Shown here in pieces: positions 52,815 to 64,000 of a stretch of 64,000 nucleotides of DNA; the first letter of the stretch is position 1, and each line of letters begins with the position of its first letter. The notes under the pieces are model-generated. The model did not search any database. It was not told where the DNA came from and was given only the letters and a program-made list of their open reading frames with translations. The stretch spans positions 2,232,001 through 2,296,000 of the forward strand of contig CM039008.1 in the NCBI GenBank assembly GCA_017499595.2. The letters run 5' to 3'. A program made the position numbers and the translations under genes. Source of the stretch: Psilocybe cubensis (taxonomy: Eukaryota).

Positions 52815-53737
52815 GATGCTAAGAGGTAACTCCTGAAGAAGACGTGGAAAGGTTGCATGGGCTTGTGTCTATATGAGTCATTTTAGCCACGAGGCAGTCC
52901 GGGACCCGTTTCAAGCTTCGATGTGGAATTAGGGTGGGGAACTATCACGTGTAGAACGTAGACACTGGTATTTGGCGTGAATATGCCTACTCGAAGATTT
53001 CTGCAGCGTTGAGTGCATTATCCTGCAGAAAAACTGGGCGGTTAGTTTCAGTTAGCGCAGCATAGTTACAACACATACCGTCAAGCCTGCGAAGATCTGA
53101 CATCATTGACATCCTTCCCCATATTCGATTGACTGAATCTGCTGCCTAAAATAATTAACGAATTCAATCTTAACGCCGCATGAAGTGTTGGGAGACGTAG
53201 TTACCATGTCCTTCTGTAAAGCGTCTTCAACCATGCGTTCAGGCGGCTGTAATGTCAGCGAAAGCAACAAAAGAGTGTCTTTCTGCAATTCAAAATTTCC
53301 TGTGGATGCCCTGATGGCGCGCGTCTATGGATGGGTAAGCACTATAAGCGAGTAAAAAAGCGAATAGAGGGATATCAGAGTGGAAAGGGGGAGAATCATG
53401 AGTGATAGTGGGCTGTGTGAAGGAAATGTTGTCAACATATTTTCAACGCCTGACATGACTGACTGTAATTACATCGCCGCTTAAATTTTTGTTTTGGTGT
53501 AGTCTGGCTTGGCACAGTACCGTAGACCAAGTGCAGACTACGTATTGAAAACTTGAGAACAGTCGACAACAATGATGTTTCGTACAATATATTAATTCGT
53601 GACCGTGTACAATGCGCCATACCGTGCCATACCGTACATACCGTACTAATTATCTCAGACTTCAACTGCCAGCACGCTGCACGCAGGCGCCATGAAAACA
53701 TTAAAATCAAACATTTCGGGTCTTCAACAGGGTCGCT

Positions 53738-55099
53738 TCACCGAGTCACTCGAGAGGATGGAGGTGCTGAAATTGACCTGCGGCTCCATGAGGGAACAGC
53801 TGGTGTTTGCGTAACAATATACCATATACGGCGTGGCCAGTGAGGAAGTAATCGGTAGATAAAACCAATTGGGTTATCTGTATTATGCCATACCTGCGAG
53901 CGAAGTGTTGAAGGATTGCGAGAGCAAATGATTTCTTCGAGATGGATAACACATTGATCGATGGTCGGGCGCTTACTTGGGTCTTCTTGTACCATGGCAT
54001 CGACGAGGGGTTTCATGAAACCGAGGCCATAGATATACCCGTCGATATTATCAGGGTGACCCTACCGGCAATAATGAAGTCAATAACAATAACAATATAG
54101 AGGGTTTAGAGATACCTCAGTAAAGTATATTCGAATCAAATTTCCCAAATAGTAGATATCGGTCGGGAATGGGTCACGGGCAGTGTGTAAGTGTTTGATG
54201 TCCTGAAATTCTGGCGCTGACTTGTCTCCTCCTCGCAATGTAACAGCACGAGGAAACTTGTAAGACTCTTCAAAATGGACCGATAATCCGTAATCGATCC
54301 AGTAATATTTAGGAGGGCATTGCGTCCTTGTACACTTGGGACTTGCAGGGCCAGTGTAATCTCGGTTCATGCGATATTTCACAGGGTGGAACCCTTCAGG
54401 ATAGATTTCAGATGGATCCATCATTACATTATTTGCTGTACAGTCCCTGAGAATTGCATTGGTTAACGTCCTGGGACAAAACATTGAACTCACCGATGTG
54501 CGATATGATGACGATGGAGGAATTGTATACCCTTGAAAATAGGTTAGACGCCGTATTATGGACGAGATTCAACAAACACACTTTAAAAATTTGATAGAAA
54601 AAGTCCAAACATTCCCCGATGGTATCGAACCGAGTAATATGAAAAGGATACAGCAAAGGCATCACGATTATGGAATGTTCAGGGTCATTCGGGATATCCA
54701 AGACCTCATAAACAGGCACACAGTGGTTATCCGAGTCCTTCATCAGCTCTGGAGAAGAAACATATTGCGATATGGCGAGTTCCCAATCATATTCATTGCC
54801 TGCCTTACGCACTTTCTTGAGCATAACAGGTTTGTCATCTCTAGCACGAACCGCATCCATCACTGGTATTTGCTTAGAGATAATGAATATAGGTTTAGAG
54901 AGAGGACGTCAAAAATTTAAAGACATACACCTCGTCGAACGTTATCCTCTCTCTGTCGGACCTCATATCTTTCAGCAGGCGGGTTTGTTACCCAAGATGG
55001 GATCCAGTCTGGTTGATACCGTGCACGAAGTTGATATCCGCGAGAGAAGAGCCAAGGCTGTAGATCGCGCCAGAAAGTTTCCTCGCTATCCAGCTCCAT
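53738..55099 (-). CDS. AgaK1-type protein kinase, copy 2
   Basis: FWRDLQPWLFSRGYQLRARYQPDWIPSW, IAHR|DCTANNVMMD, YWIDYGLS, GGDKSAPE, DPFPTDIYYLGN; same intron positions as copy 1. Confidence 0.9.
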
Positions 55100-55502
55100 T
55101 CCGATTCAAGCCAGGAGTATAGCTGCTATTGAAACTCGAGTGAGTGTATGACGACGTAAATAGCTCGCAGATGCAGAAGCAACCAGAATATGAATAGGGA
55201 CTAAAAGGTGTTGGATTCAGAATACATTTCTCACGGATGTCAAACCATGTCCCTTGGGTCAGATGAACTACTTTTTTTAAGGAACAATAGGAACTGACAA
55301 TGATGATAGAACCTGGTTGAATACTGTACAACATGACACGCAAATGATACACAAAATAGCAGAAGTAGGATAAAAATACGAGTTACAGTCCATCAGTCGA
55401 GTTGTAGTTTGTAATTTCAAGGTTTGATGTTGCAGGCTCGCAGCTACCGTCCAATGCCACAAGATTACATTTGTCCATCTTAGCTGAGAGGTGCAGAGGC
55501 TT

Positions 55503-57682
55503 TCAACGGTTTTGCCCCACGGACGGACTTTCTGGGATCCCAGAAGAAAACTTATTTTTCTTCCCCGCTGTGGGGCTGTTGTCCACTTCTTCCGTCCGCC
55601 GTTTGCGAGCAGTTCCAGGAGTACGGGGAGTAGCTGGCGTATGAAATGGGGTATCTTGAGACTGCAAGGAGTGAGGTGGGGTAATTGGTTCCGGTTTCAA
55701 AATGGATGGCGAAGCTTTCACGACTGGGTCGGTTTCTTCAGGCTCGAGAGCAGCGATGGCATCATCAACAAACCCCAAGAAGGTGTCGTATTCAGCATCC
55801 GATGGCGCAAGAAGATCCATAAGCGGCACCTTAGGTGCCTTTGACCTGCATTCCTTCTCCTTCCGGGTTGCATGTTTGATGAGGAAGTTTCCAAGAGAGG
55901 TCAGCAAGGCGGAAAAGCACTCAAAATATGGTGTAAGCTCCGTCGTAGGATCGTAGAGAAAGGCTGTTTTCATTCCGATGGCAACGACAACATCCTCTTG
56001 CCATGCCACAAGCGCTCTAGGTTCCGATTCCAGGCGCTCATGTGGTCCTGTATACGTGCTACATATCCAGGCAAACACGTAGAAAAAGGATTCCAAGTCA
56101 TCGAGATAGTCGTGTGGCCGAGCATGCTCTCCGTTTTTTTCGCTTCTAAGAACGGTAATTGATTGGAATGCCCGTGTGCCCTAGAAAAACATTAAGTATT
56201 CGAAAGCAAAGGTAAGTTATGGGATTCAAGGCTTACCGTTCGAAAGGTGCCTGTGAGTGGAGCTTGTCGTGTCAGGCAAATAGCCATGTCGAGATCGATT
56301 AGGACTCCCCGTGAACCTTCCACGGAGCCCTCCTTTCCATGAAGGATATTGTTTATACTGACATCACGATGCAGGATGTGCTTGTCGCGCCAGAGATTTC
56401 TATGGCCTGTATAGTAAAATTATTAAAAGACAACTCGTAACATCGGAAATGCATAGTGCTCACCGTTGACAGCGTCCCGAAAGGCGAACAGTAAGTGACG
56501 GCGATTGTTAAAGTAATCCAAAGGCTTTCCATACGCTTCTAGGACGATACGGCTGAATATGCGATTATGCGAGAGGGACTCCGTAAGGTCACAATTGGGA
56601 ACATCTCGAAACTGTGCCACATCATCCTGTCCATTGTCCTGATAGGTGACCATTTGCCCAACTCCTGCTACCCCAGCAACTTCAGCAAGGAGCTTGCACT
56701 CCGGTTCACGCCCAGCAGATCTCCATGAATCTTTAATTAGAAATGGTGTACCATCGCAATCCACCACATTCCAACAGACCGTTCCTCGACCGCGCATTGT
56801 GTTACGAGAGAAGGCGATTGCTGACGATCCTTCAGCAACTCGATACTCTCGCATACCAAGACCCTTCACTTCCCAGTGATTATGCAACGTAATATAACGT
56901 GAATTATTTCGCCAGAAGATATTAGTATCAAAGCCAATTTTTTGATTGTTGGTAGAGCAGAAACCGAGTACAATTCTGACAAAGTTGCCGGGTTGTTCGT
57001 GGATATTGAATCGTTGACTTTGAATGGCGCCGGATCGATCAAATAAGAATAAACGCGCTTTTTTCTCGGTGAGAATGATGGAGTAGACAAATCTTCGATG
57101 ATGCTGCTCTATGAAGCATTGTCTACATTGAATAGTTATAAAGGGCCGAGAGTCTCAATCGAGAGGGACAAAAGCTTACCTTGCATAGACGGCAACTTGA
57201 TCTGTGTTCATCATGTCCTTTTGGTTCCTCTCTGTCTTGATTTCTCCTGGGGAGGCACATAGTGCATACGATGCTCGGATTTCGTTGTTGTTCTCTTCAG
57301 TGTTAAGGTTGGCGCCACTACCTAGGATCATAAAGTCGGGCGAAGTCCTACATCTCGAGCTGTCGTCAGCTGACCCATGACGGTTGAGGTCTTTATGGGG
57401 AATGTCGATGTTGTGTGTGTCGACCAATTTCCTCCCACGTCCGTTATACTTAAAGTAAGCCAAAATGTGGCCCAATAGTTCGATGAACGGCGTGTATAGT
57501 GCTTTCTCGTCATTTGGTTTCTTGGGTATGGTATGCCAGCGGCCTTGATCGTAGTATGGAGTTCGAGAGATGAAGTCTTCAATACATCTATCGGCGACTG
57601 AAGATTTGAAAATCTTGTTATGGTAGGTTGAGCCCATGGACACGATGCCACCTGCAAGCTCTACGTGAAGCGCATCGGACAT
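55503..57682 (-). CDS. FunK1 fungal protein kinase (Pkinase_fungal); N-terminus unresolved
   Basis: VYAR|QCF..RRFVYS..FDRSG, RGRGTVCW, LIKDSWR, ILHRDVSINNIL, VLIDLDMA, T|GTRAFQS, HDYLDDLESFFYV. The 5' end is set at the first in-frame ATG. Confidence 0.88.
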
Positions 57683-58306
57683 GTCTTTCACCGTCTGAGG
57701 GGGACATGCTGTTCGATTTGTCCCAACCTTGAACGGAGTGTCTTCTGTGGTCTTGGTAGATGTATAGGTGCTCGTGTTCTTATCGCAGTGCGGCGAAGGC
57801 TGTCAGATGGTGGTGGTTGGCGTGGGGGAGTTTATAATGACTCTGACTCTGAGCGCTGGAAGGCATCTTGCGTAAGTAATTCTACTAAACTGAAAGTGAT
57901 TCATACCTTGTGAGTATTTATACTACCAACTACCTAATTCCATAATCATCCAACAAAGGACTTTCCGAATGTGTTGAATTAAGTGGCACCGATGAAGATG
58001 GTGGTTGAAAAGAAAGCGTGACTGCCGTATTGGGCCCGTCCGCCCCTCGTCATTGTTTGTCGCGCTCGGTAATTACTTCACGTGATCGTGTCTGATCGCC
58101 GTTGGGGTGGCCAACCAATGGCCAACACCAAGCCAACACCAGTTGAGAACCGACAAAAAGAAAAGTTTACTATATTACTTTCCTGTATTGAACACAATAT
58201 ATGAAGCGCAGTAGTACAAAGCATATTAATAAACGATAACTTTCGTGGATGTAATCAATTCCAGCGGCTGAGAAGCGATGGCCCGAGATAGTAATGGTCA
58301 GATATG

Positions 58307-59688
58307 CTACGGAATGCTGTGGTTGTGTCTGCGTCGCTCAGGTGTAAGGTGTGGTATAGCTGGTGTTTGTGTGAGGATGTAGGTAATGCGACGAGCCCAG
58401 TGAGGAAAAAAGCGGTACAGGAAGCCAAATATACTGTCAGTACTATGCCACACCTGTGCCCGAAGTGTGCAAGTGCTTTGAGCTTGGATTATGTCTTCAA
58501 GGTGAACAACACATTGATCAATAGTTGGACGTTTGCTCATGTCTTCGTGAACCATAGCGGCGACAAGGGGTTTCATGAAAGAAAGTCCGAATTTGAATCC
58601 CTCGATGTCATTACCGCGTCCCTGTCATAGCGAAAATGCGCATTTAGAAACAAGCAAAGGGAGTACAGGAGAACAGGAGAAATAAACCTCGGTAAAGTGT
58701 ATTCTGATCAAATTTCCCAGATAGTAGATGTCCGTTGGGAAGGGATTCCGCCTAGTGTGCAGCTGTGCCATATCTCGAAACTCCGGGGGCGATTTGTCAC
58801 CTCCGCGTATTGACATTGCTTGAGGGAATTTGTCCGACTCCTTGAATTGCACCGATAGACCAAAATCTATCCAGTAATATTTCGGAGGTCGCTGTGTTCT
58901 CGTATATTTCTGAAATGCCGGGCCAGCAAGATCGCGGCTCATGTTATACTTGACGGGGTGAAATCCATCTGGGTAAATCTCAGATGGATCCATCATGACA
59001 TTATTTTGCGTACAATTGCTTATAAAAGTTCAAATAATGCATATACGCAAGTTATTAAACCTAACTCACCGATGAGCTATATGGTGTTTATGCAAAAATT
59101 GAAGACCCTGTTTGTGGGCTTTGAGCAAAGGTTTCCGCGGAATTATAGGTTCGCACCTTGAATATTTGATGAAAAAAATCCAGACACTCTCCAATGGTGT
59201 CAAATCGTGTGGCGTTGAAGGGGTGTAGTAATGGCATGACAATAATTACATATTCACTATCGCCTGGAATATCCAACACTTCGTAGATGGGTATACAGTG
59301 ATTATCGGGATCTTTCAGAAGGTCCGGGGAAGACACGTATTGCGAAATGGCAAGCTCTTGGTCAAACCCATTGTTATGTTTGTATACCTGCTTCAGCATA
59401 ACAGGTTTTTTATCTTTTAGCCTAATGGCATCCATGACAAGCGAAGGCTGGAGAGTGATAAGCGTATGCTATGATTTAGAGCTTGACCAGGACACTCACT
59501 CCTCGACAAATGCGATCTTCCCTCTTTCGCATTTCAAACACATCGGCTGGAGGATTTGTCACCCACGATGGAACCCAACCTGGCTGAAAGCGTGGACGAA
59601 GTTCGTATCCACAAGACAGCAGCCATGGCTGTTTCTCAACCCAAATCATTTCTTGAGGTTCCAACGCCATGCAAGGTCGAGAGGCCAA
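58307..59688 (-). CDS. AgaK1-type kinase, copy 3, with HRD changed to HRN (probable pseudokinase)
   Basis: Intact frame and same introns as copies 1 and 2; catalytic loop spliced as CAT CG|C AAT TGT = H R N C. Confidence 0.87.
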
Positions 59689-60766
59689 CCGTTTTGGTCA
59701 GCTAGAAGTTGCTTGTCTGTTTGCAGATTAGCTCAGTGAGCAATGTAAAGTTATTGTAAGCCCTGTCGTGCGTAGTGGTAAGTCATCATGCTTGGAAACC
59801 CGCTTATTTTTTAGAACAACAATTCCAGCGTTGCTATTTCACATGCCCTTCAACCTATGATGAACAATGCCCTCAGCGTCGGAAATAGTTTGTGGCTATA
59901 TTTAAATTAGCCCACAGCGTGGTACGATATTCGGACATAATTAGGTGAACCTACACATCGTCGTGCGATGTTTGCGACACATTGTTTGATATTGGTGAAA
60001 CCAATTAAGCAAGGCGCAATCGTTAGCTGCCACTAGACCGGTAGACTTCGTTACTGCTAGTAAGTTTGGTGTGTGCGATGTGGGGTCCATAGATAGCTAA
60101 TTTCACCAAGCCGAAGTTATTGAATTTCCTTAAATCCTGAAGACATTATTATACCATGATATTCCACAGTGGTCGACTCTCGAGACATCATTTGAAAGTC
60201 TCTATGCATTGTTCATGCCAATGACTAGCTTCAGCAACAGATCCACCGTCACCTCCTTGTAATTGCTGTCTTAAGTGGATCAAAGGATGTTATCACTACT
60301 TTGGAATTTTACTGCATGCCGCATTCCTATTTTGTCATTGACTAGATTGAACTTGGCTTGAGCTACCATCATTGTAGCCTGTTTGGTTACACTGGCATGC
60401 CCACAAGAAAGAACTATTACTGATATGACACGCAACCCATAAATGACATGAGAAATTCCGTATAACGAAACGAAAGAAAATAAAGGCATTGTCAAGGGAG
60501 TTCTTCTATTGTTTATGCCGTACACCTGCTAATGCTTGATGTTGGTTGGATGTGGACGGACGTCACAGTATATTTAGGTTGTCCGAGTCACTAAGCTGTT
60601 ATCCTGTAGATAGTTATTGTTGTCTTTAGAGAAATGACATACCTACATTGACCAACTATACCAAAAAGAGGTGTATTAAAAGGCTACAGGAAAGTGAGAA
60701 GATACATTCGTCCTTACCCACCTCTTCACTTACATCGCATCCTACCAGATTCTCGCTCAAATCAAC

Positions 60767-61649
60767 ATGCCTGAGTTTACCTTTGATGATGCAGTAACGG
60801 TAGCTAAACTCATATGCGAAGTATCTGTGGCGAGGCCCTTTTCTGGACAGAAGTACACACAAGCCGGTGGTCAATTACTGGACCAAACCAAAATCTTACT
60901 ATTAGAAAAAAATCAACGAATAACACCGAGTTTCTGATACCGCCAAAGGAACGCCTTAACCTTCATAACCAACACCAAAGGTATGATATACGCTTACATC
61001 TATACAACATGCGGTGATTGAGTAAAGCTTTCTAGCCTAGCTTCAGAGCGAGAAAAGCTCGAAAAACAAACACAGAGTTACATAGGATCTCTCACCCATT
61101 ATGGCGTAGCAAAATAGTTTCATAACGATGCTTACGCGCTAAATCGACAGGCCCAGGTCAGCCCACAAAGACTTTTTCGGTATTCTTCCTGAGTAAAACA
61201 TGATTCCTTCCATCCACAATTCATGAAAGCAGGATGTATCAGATACTGCGATGAATGAATTAGGGAAACAAGAAGCACACGCTGAACTTGCTGAAGCCAC
61301 CAGAAGACACAGGGGAGCAGATCACAATCACTGTGGCTCCGAGGAAATGAATGAGAATGATGACACTGCCAGCATTTACTATATGGCGGAAGAAGCAAGG
61401 TTAAGCATGCTTGATCTTGCTCGGGATGGCGATCGTGCTGTATATCATCATAATTCTGGGCCAACACAACCAGGACAGAGTAATCAAAGACCACAGCAGT
61501 ATACTCGAGGGTTGGTTATTCCAAAGTCAGACTCTCATGGAAGGAGTAATGGACTCGGATTTGATGGAAGTCCGATTGACCTATTGCAGCCACACGTCTC
61601 AGGGCCAGACGTGCCCCTCAAAGCCGTTGTTAAACCCAGAAGACACTGA
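60767..61649 (+). pseudogene. Spliced pseudogene of an unknown helical protein
   Basis: ATG at 60767, frameshift near the A7 run at ~60906-60912, introns 60981-61035 and 61157-61232, in-frame TAG at 61115-61117, then continues in frame into ORF 61251-61649. Confidence 0.6.
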
Positions 61650-61762
61650 GGTTGATAAACATGTAAAGAAATAGTTAAAATGTCGTCGAATGAATTGTTA
61701 GTCCAATCACACACACACACTTATCTATATTACTTGGGTAATGCAGAGGCTTAGTGGTATTC

Positions 61763-62810
61763 CTATCTATTAGACGAACTTGCAGGGAGCGCAGGTAAAA
61801 CCTTGTTTCTTTTACCCGCTGTGAGTCTGTCTTTGATCTCCCCCTCCTGTTGTTTGCAAGTCAAACTAGGTGTTATAGTGCAACGGGTATCTAGACATAG
61901 AAAGCTGCATCCTAAGAGTGGTGAGGAGGGGTAATTGGTTTGGGCTGGGGAGACGACACAGAAAGGTCGAAATCTTCGAGCTCGCAATTATCAATAGCTT
62001 TCTCAATAAATCCTATGAAAGTGTTGTAATCCGCGTTCGAAGCCTCCAAAAGACTGAGGAAGGGCTTCCTTGGCTCTTTGCTTATAGATTCATCTTCCTT
62101 CTGGATGGCGTGTTTGAAGAGGAACATAGCCATGTCTTTGATCATTCCCAAGAGAGTGTGGAAATATGGTGCAATGTTAACCGTCGGATACATCAAGAAC
62201 TTTGTCTTCACGCTGGCGGCAATGATAGGGTCTGGGGAGTCCCAGTAAACAAGTACACCTGGTCCATCTTTAATGGATTGATTAGGGCGGTGGTACATGT
62301 TGCAGATCCATAAAATCATATAAAAGAATGATTCAAAATCGTCTAGGTAATCGTGTGGGCGAGCATGCTCTCCATATCGTTCCTTTTGGATGACATTGAT
62401 GGATTGGAATAAATGAGTTCCCTGTTATTGAAACATATCAATATTAAAACTATGCAGGCCAGTGCAGAACTTGCCGTCTGGAATGTGACAAAATGAGACG
62501 GTTCACGCTGTGAGTAAATTGACGTGCCCGGGCCAGAGTCAATCAAAACCCGTCTATTTTGCACTCCATCAACCTGCCAGTGGCCTTCTTGATAGTGTGG
62601 AGTTTGTTGGATAAAGGCATCAATGTTCTTTTCTCTAATTACAGTCTTGAGGAGTTTCTGGAGTTTTTTATAATTGTCATCCACGATACCACCCTCGATC
62701 TTCTGCTGACGTGCATTTGACATTGCTATCTCCATAGGAGGGATTTCTCGCGGACCTACGCAGACCAATCTTGATAGGCGCCTTCTGTACTCGTTGTAGT
62801 AGTAGAGCAA
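61763..62810 (-). pseudogene. FunK1 kinase pseudogene with a large internal deletion
   Basis: N-terminal IEGGIV...IDAFIQQTPHYQEGHW fused directly to a degenerate RVLID segment, then GTHLFQS...HDYLDDFESFFYM and a C-terminus homologous to 55503-56096, with a premature TAG at 61912-61914. Confidence 0.8.
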
Positions 62811-62936
62811 GTCCTAGATGAATCTCGAACAAGATTGCCGGATGTTGCGGGTAAGGGATTGTAGCGACTCTGACTCGAAGCTTAGAATTTAAACACGTCC
62901 AAAACCCATTGTTGAACAATTGAAGAGGTTTACCGA

Positions 62937-63571
62937 TCATAGGTGTGGGTATGTTATCTGCCATGTTATCTGCCCGGCAGAATCCGAGCTTACTCTTTTC
63001 ACACTTTTCACCATAAAACCTTGGGTAAACTGCAATAAAAAAAATGTATTCAAGTATGTACAGGATGTGTATACACATAAGTGCCTTTAAAATTTGAGTA
63101 AGTGCTGTCGAATCAGTAGAATACGTATGGATGTTATCTGCCACCCCCAATGTTATCTGCCAGCCGAGGTGCCGCAACACAGCCACATTTGCGCACTTCC
63201 GTATTCAATTCACGCTCAACGGGCATCCTGGTTTGATTTTTTGAGGCTCTTTGAGTGATATTCTAGATCACATATAAAGTAAATAATGCCCAGGTAGAAA
63301 ATATCAGACAAATTTAGAGTACAGACAAAGTAAAAGGTACATGTTTACATGGTCCATTTCTCGGACGCGCGTCAGCGCAAAATCTTTGAAAATTTGCTTC
63401 TCGTTTCACACGGTATTTTACAAAATTTATGTTTGTGACAATCCGTACATATTCTCGAGTACTTTCAAGTAATTTCTCTTCAAAATTTTGACAAAAATAA
63501 AGCATCGTGAGTCTCTCTCTTTTTCTCTCCATTTTTTGGTCATTTCCCGTTTGGGACACCCACTCCTATGA
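62937..63571. mobile_element. Possible degenerate MITE (hAT-like ends), no TSD found
   Basis: TCATAGGTGTGGGT (62937-62950) versus ACCCACTCCTATGA (63558-63571), 13/14 inverted match; four ATGTTATCTGCC subterminal copies. Confidence 0.35.
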
Positions 63572-63603
63572 ACGGAAAACCATTGACACGGCGGGCAAAA
63601 GTG

Positions 63604-63675
63604 CTGACTAGTCAGCCTGGGAGTTGGTCTGACCAGTCACCTGACCAGTGTGCTGACTAGTCACCTGACTAGTCA
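63604..63675. repeat. Array of CTGACYAGTCA near-palindromic motifs (5 copies, the last four at 12-bp period)
   Basis: Copies at 63604, 63629, 63641, 63653 and 63665. Confidence 0.75.
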
Positions 63676-64000
63676 TGTAGCTGTCACGCATTTACTGTCA
63701 CGCTGCTAAATTTCTGTAATTCCGCTCATTGATTGTAGAACAGAGGATTTCTTTTCTATGCCCCAGACTTACACAGGGCGGGCGTCGTGTACCTTCTAAA
63801 CAACGTCGGGTGACCGTGCACAAGTACTCTGAAAGCGTGATTAGTTATCCATTTGTTTGAATAATGACCGAATTTCAACCAAATACAAGAAATATCCAAT
63901 TCCGAGTCATTCATTACTTTTCCTCAGTGACAGTGCTTCGGAAGACAATGGTTTATTCCCATTTAATCTTATGTTACTGAACTCATTTACCAATACTAAC

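Noticed and set aside
53510-53647. CATACCGT triplet with an inverted TGGCACAGTA partner
   Set aside because: Too short and degenerate; no TSD or defined ends.
57683-57910. Premature stop/frameshift in the FunK1 5' region
   Set aside because: An upstream ATG (57866) is out of frame and a TGA closes the kinase frame, but a downstream in-frame ATG (57682) explains the gene. It cannot be called a lesion without transcripts.
62842-63179. TGTTGCGG...CCGCAACA ends resembling a solo LTR
   Set aside because: The flanks (CCGGA / CAGCC) give no TSD.
1-64000. CRISPR arrays, rRNA, prokaryotic operons
   Set aside because: Eukaryotic spliced genes throughout; no repeat-spacer array or rRNA-like sequence seen.

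Overview
Intron-rich fungal DNA, typical of a mushroom-forming basidiomycete (Agaricomycetes). Most introns are about 50-80 nt GT-AG, and the lineage-typical AgaK1/FunK1 kinases, DUF6534 and NWD2-like NACHT genes are present. Gene models were reconstructed by eye across introns, so exon-level boundaries are approximate. Left to right: GMC oxidoreductase; MID1 (no AUG before its signal peptide); an atypical SDR; an Ede1-like EH-domain gene knocked out by a 6-kb nested transposon (outer element with 8-bp TSD and ~450-bp subterminal inverted repeats, inner pogo/Fot1-like element); UGT; DUF6534 membrane protein; JEN1; a Vps4-like pseudo-ATPase; AA9 LPMO-CBM1; a pogo/Tigger-type MITE; a candidate 36-aa spliced microprotein; UGT; stomatin; UGT; a second Ede1-like gene head-to-head with a NACHT NLR; an AsaB/CmcJ-like oxygenase; then a kinase-rich block (3 AgaK1 including an HRN pseudokinase, FunK1 plus a deleted FunK1 copy, a TE-disrupted F-box gene and a helical pseudogene). 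The strongest system-level hypothesis is an NLR/kinase locus stocked with degenerate copies of endocytic/ESCRT proteins (possible decoys). This is inference only.
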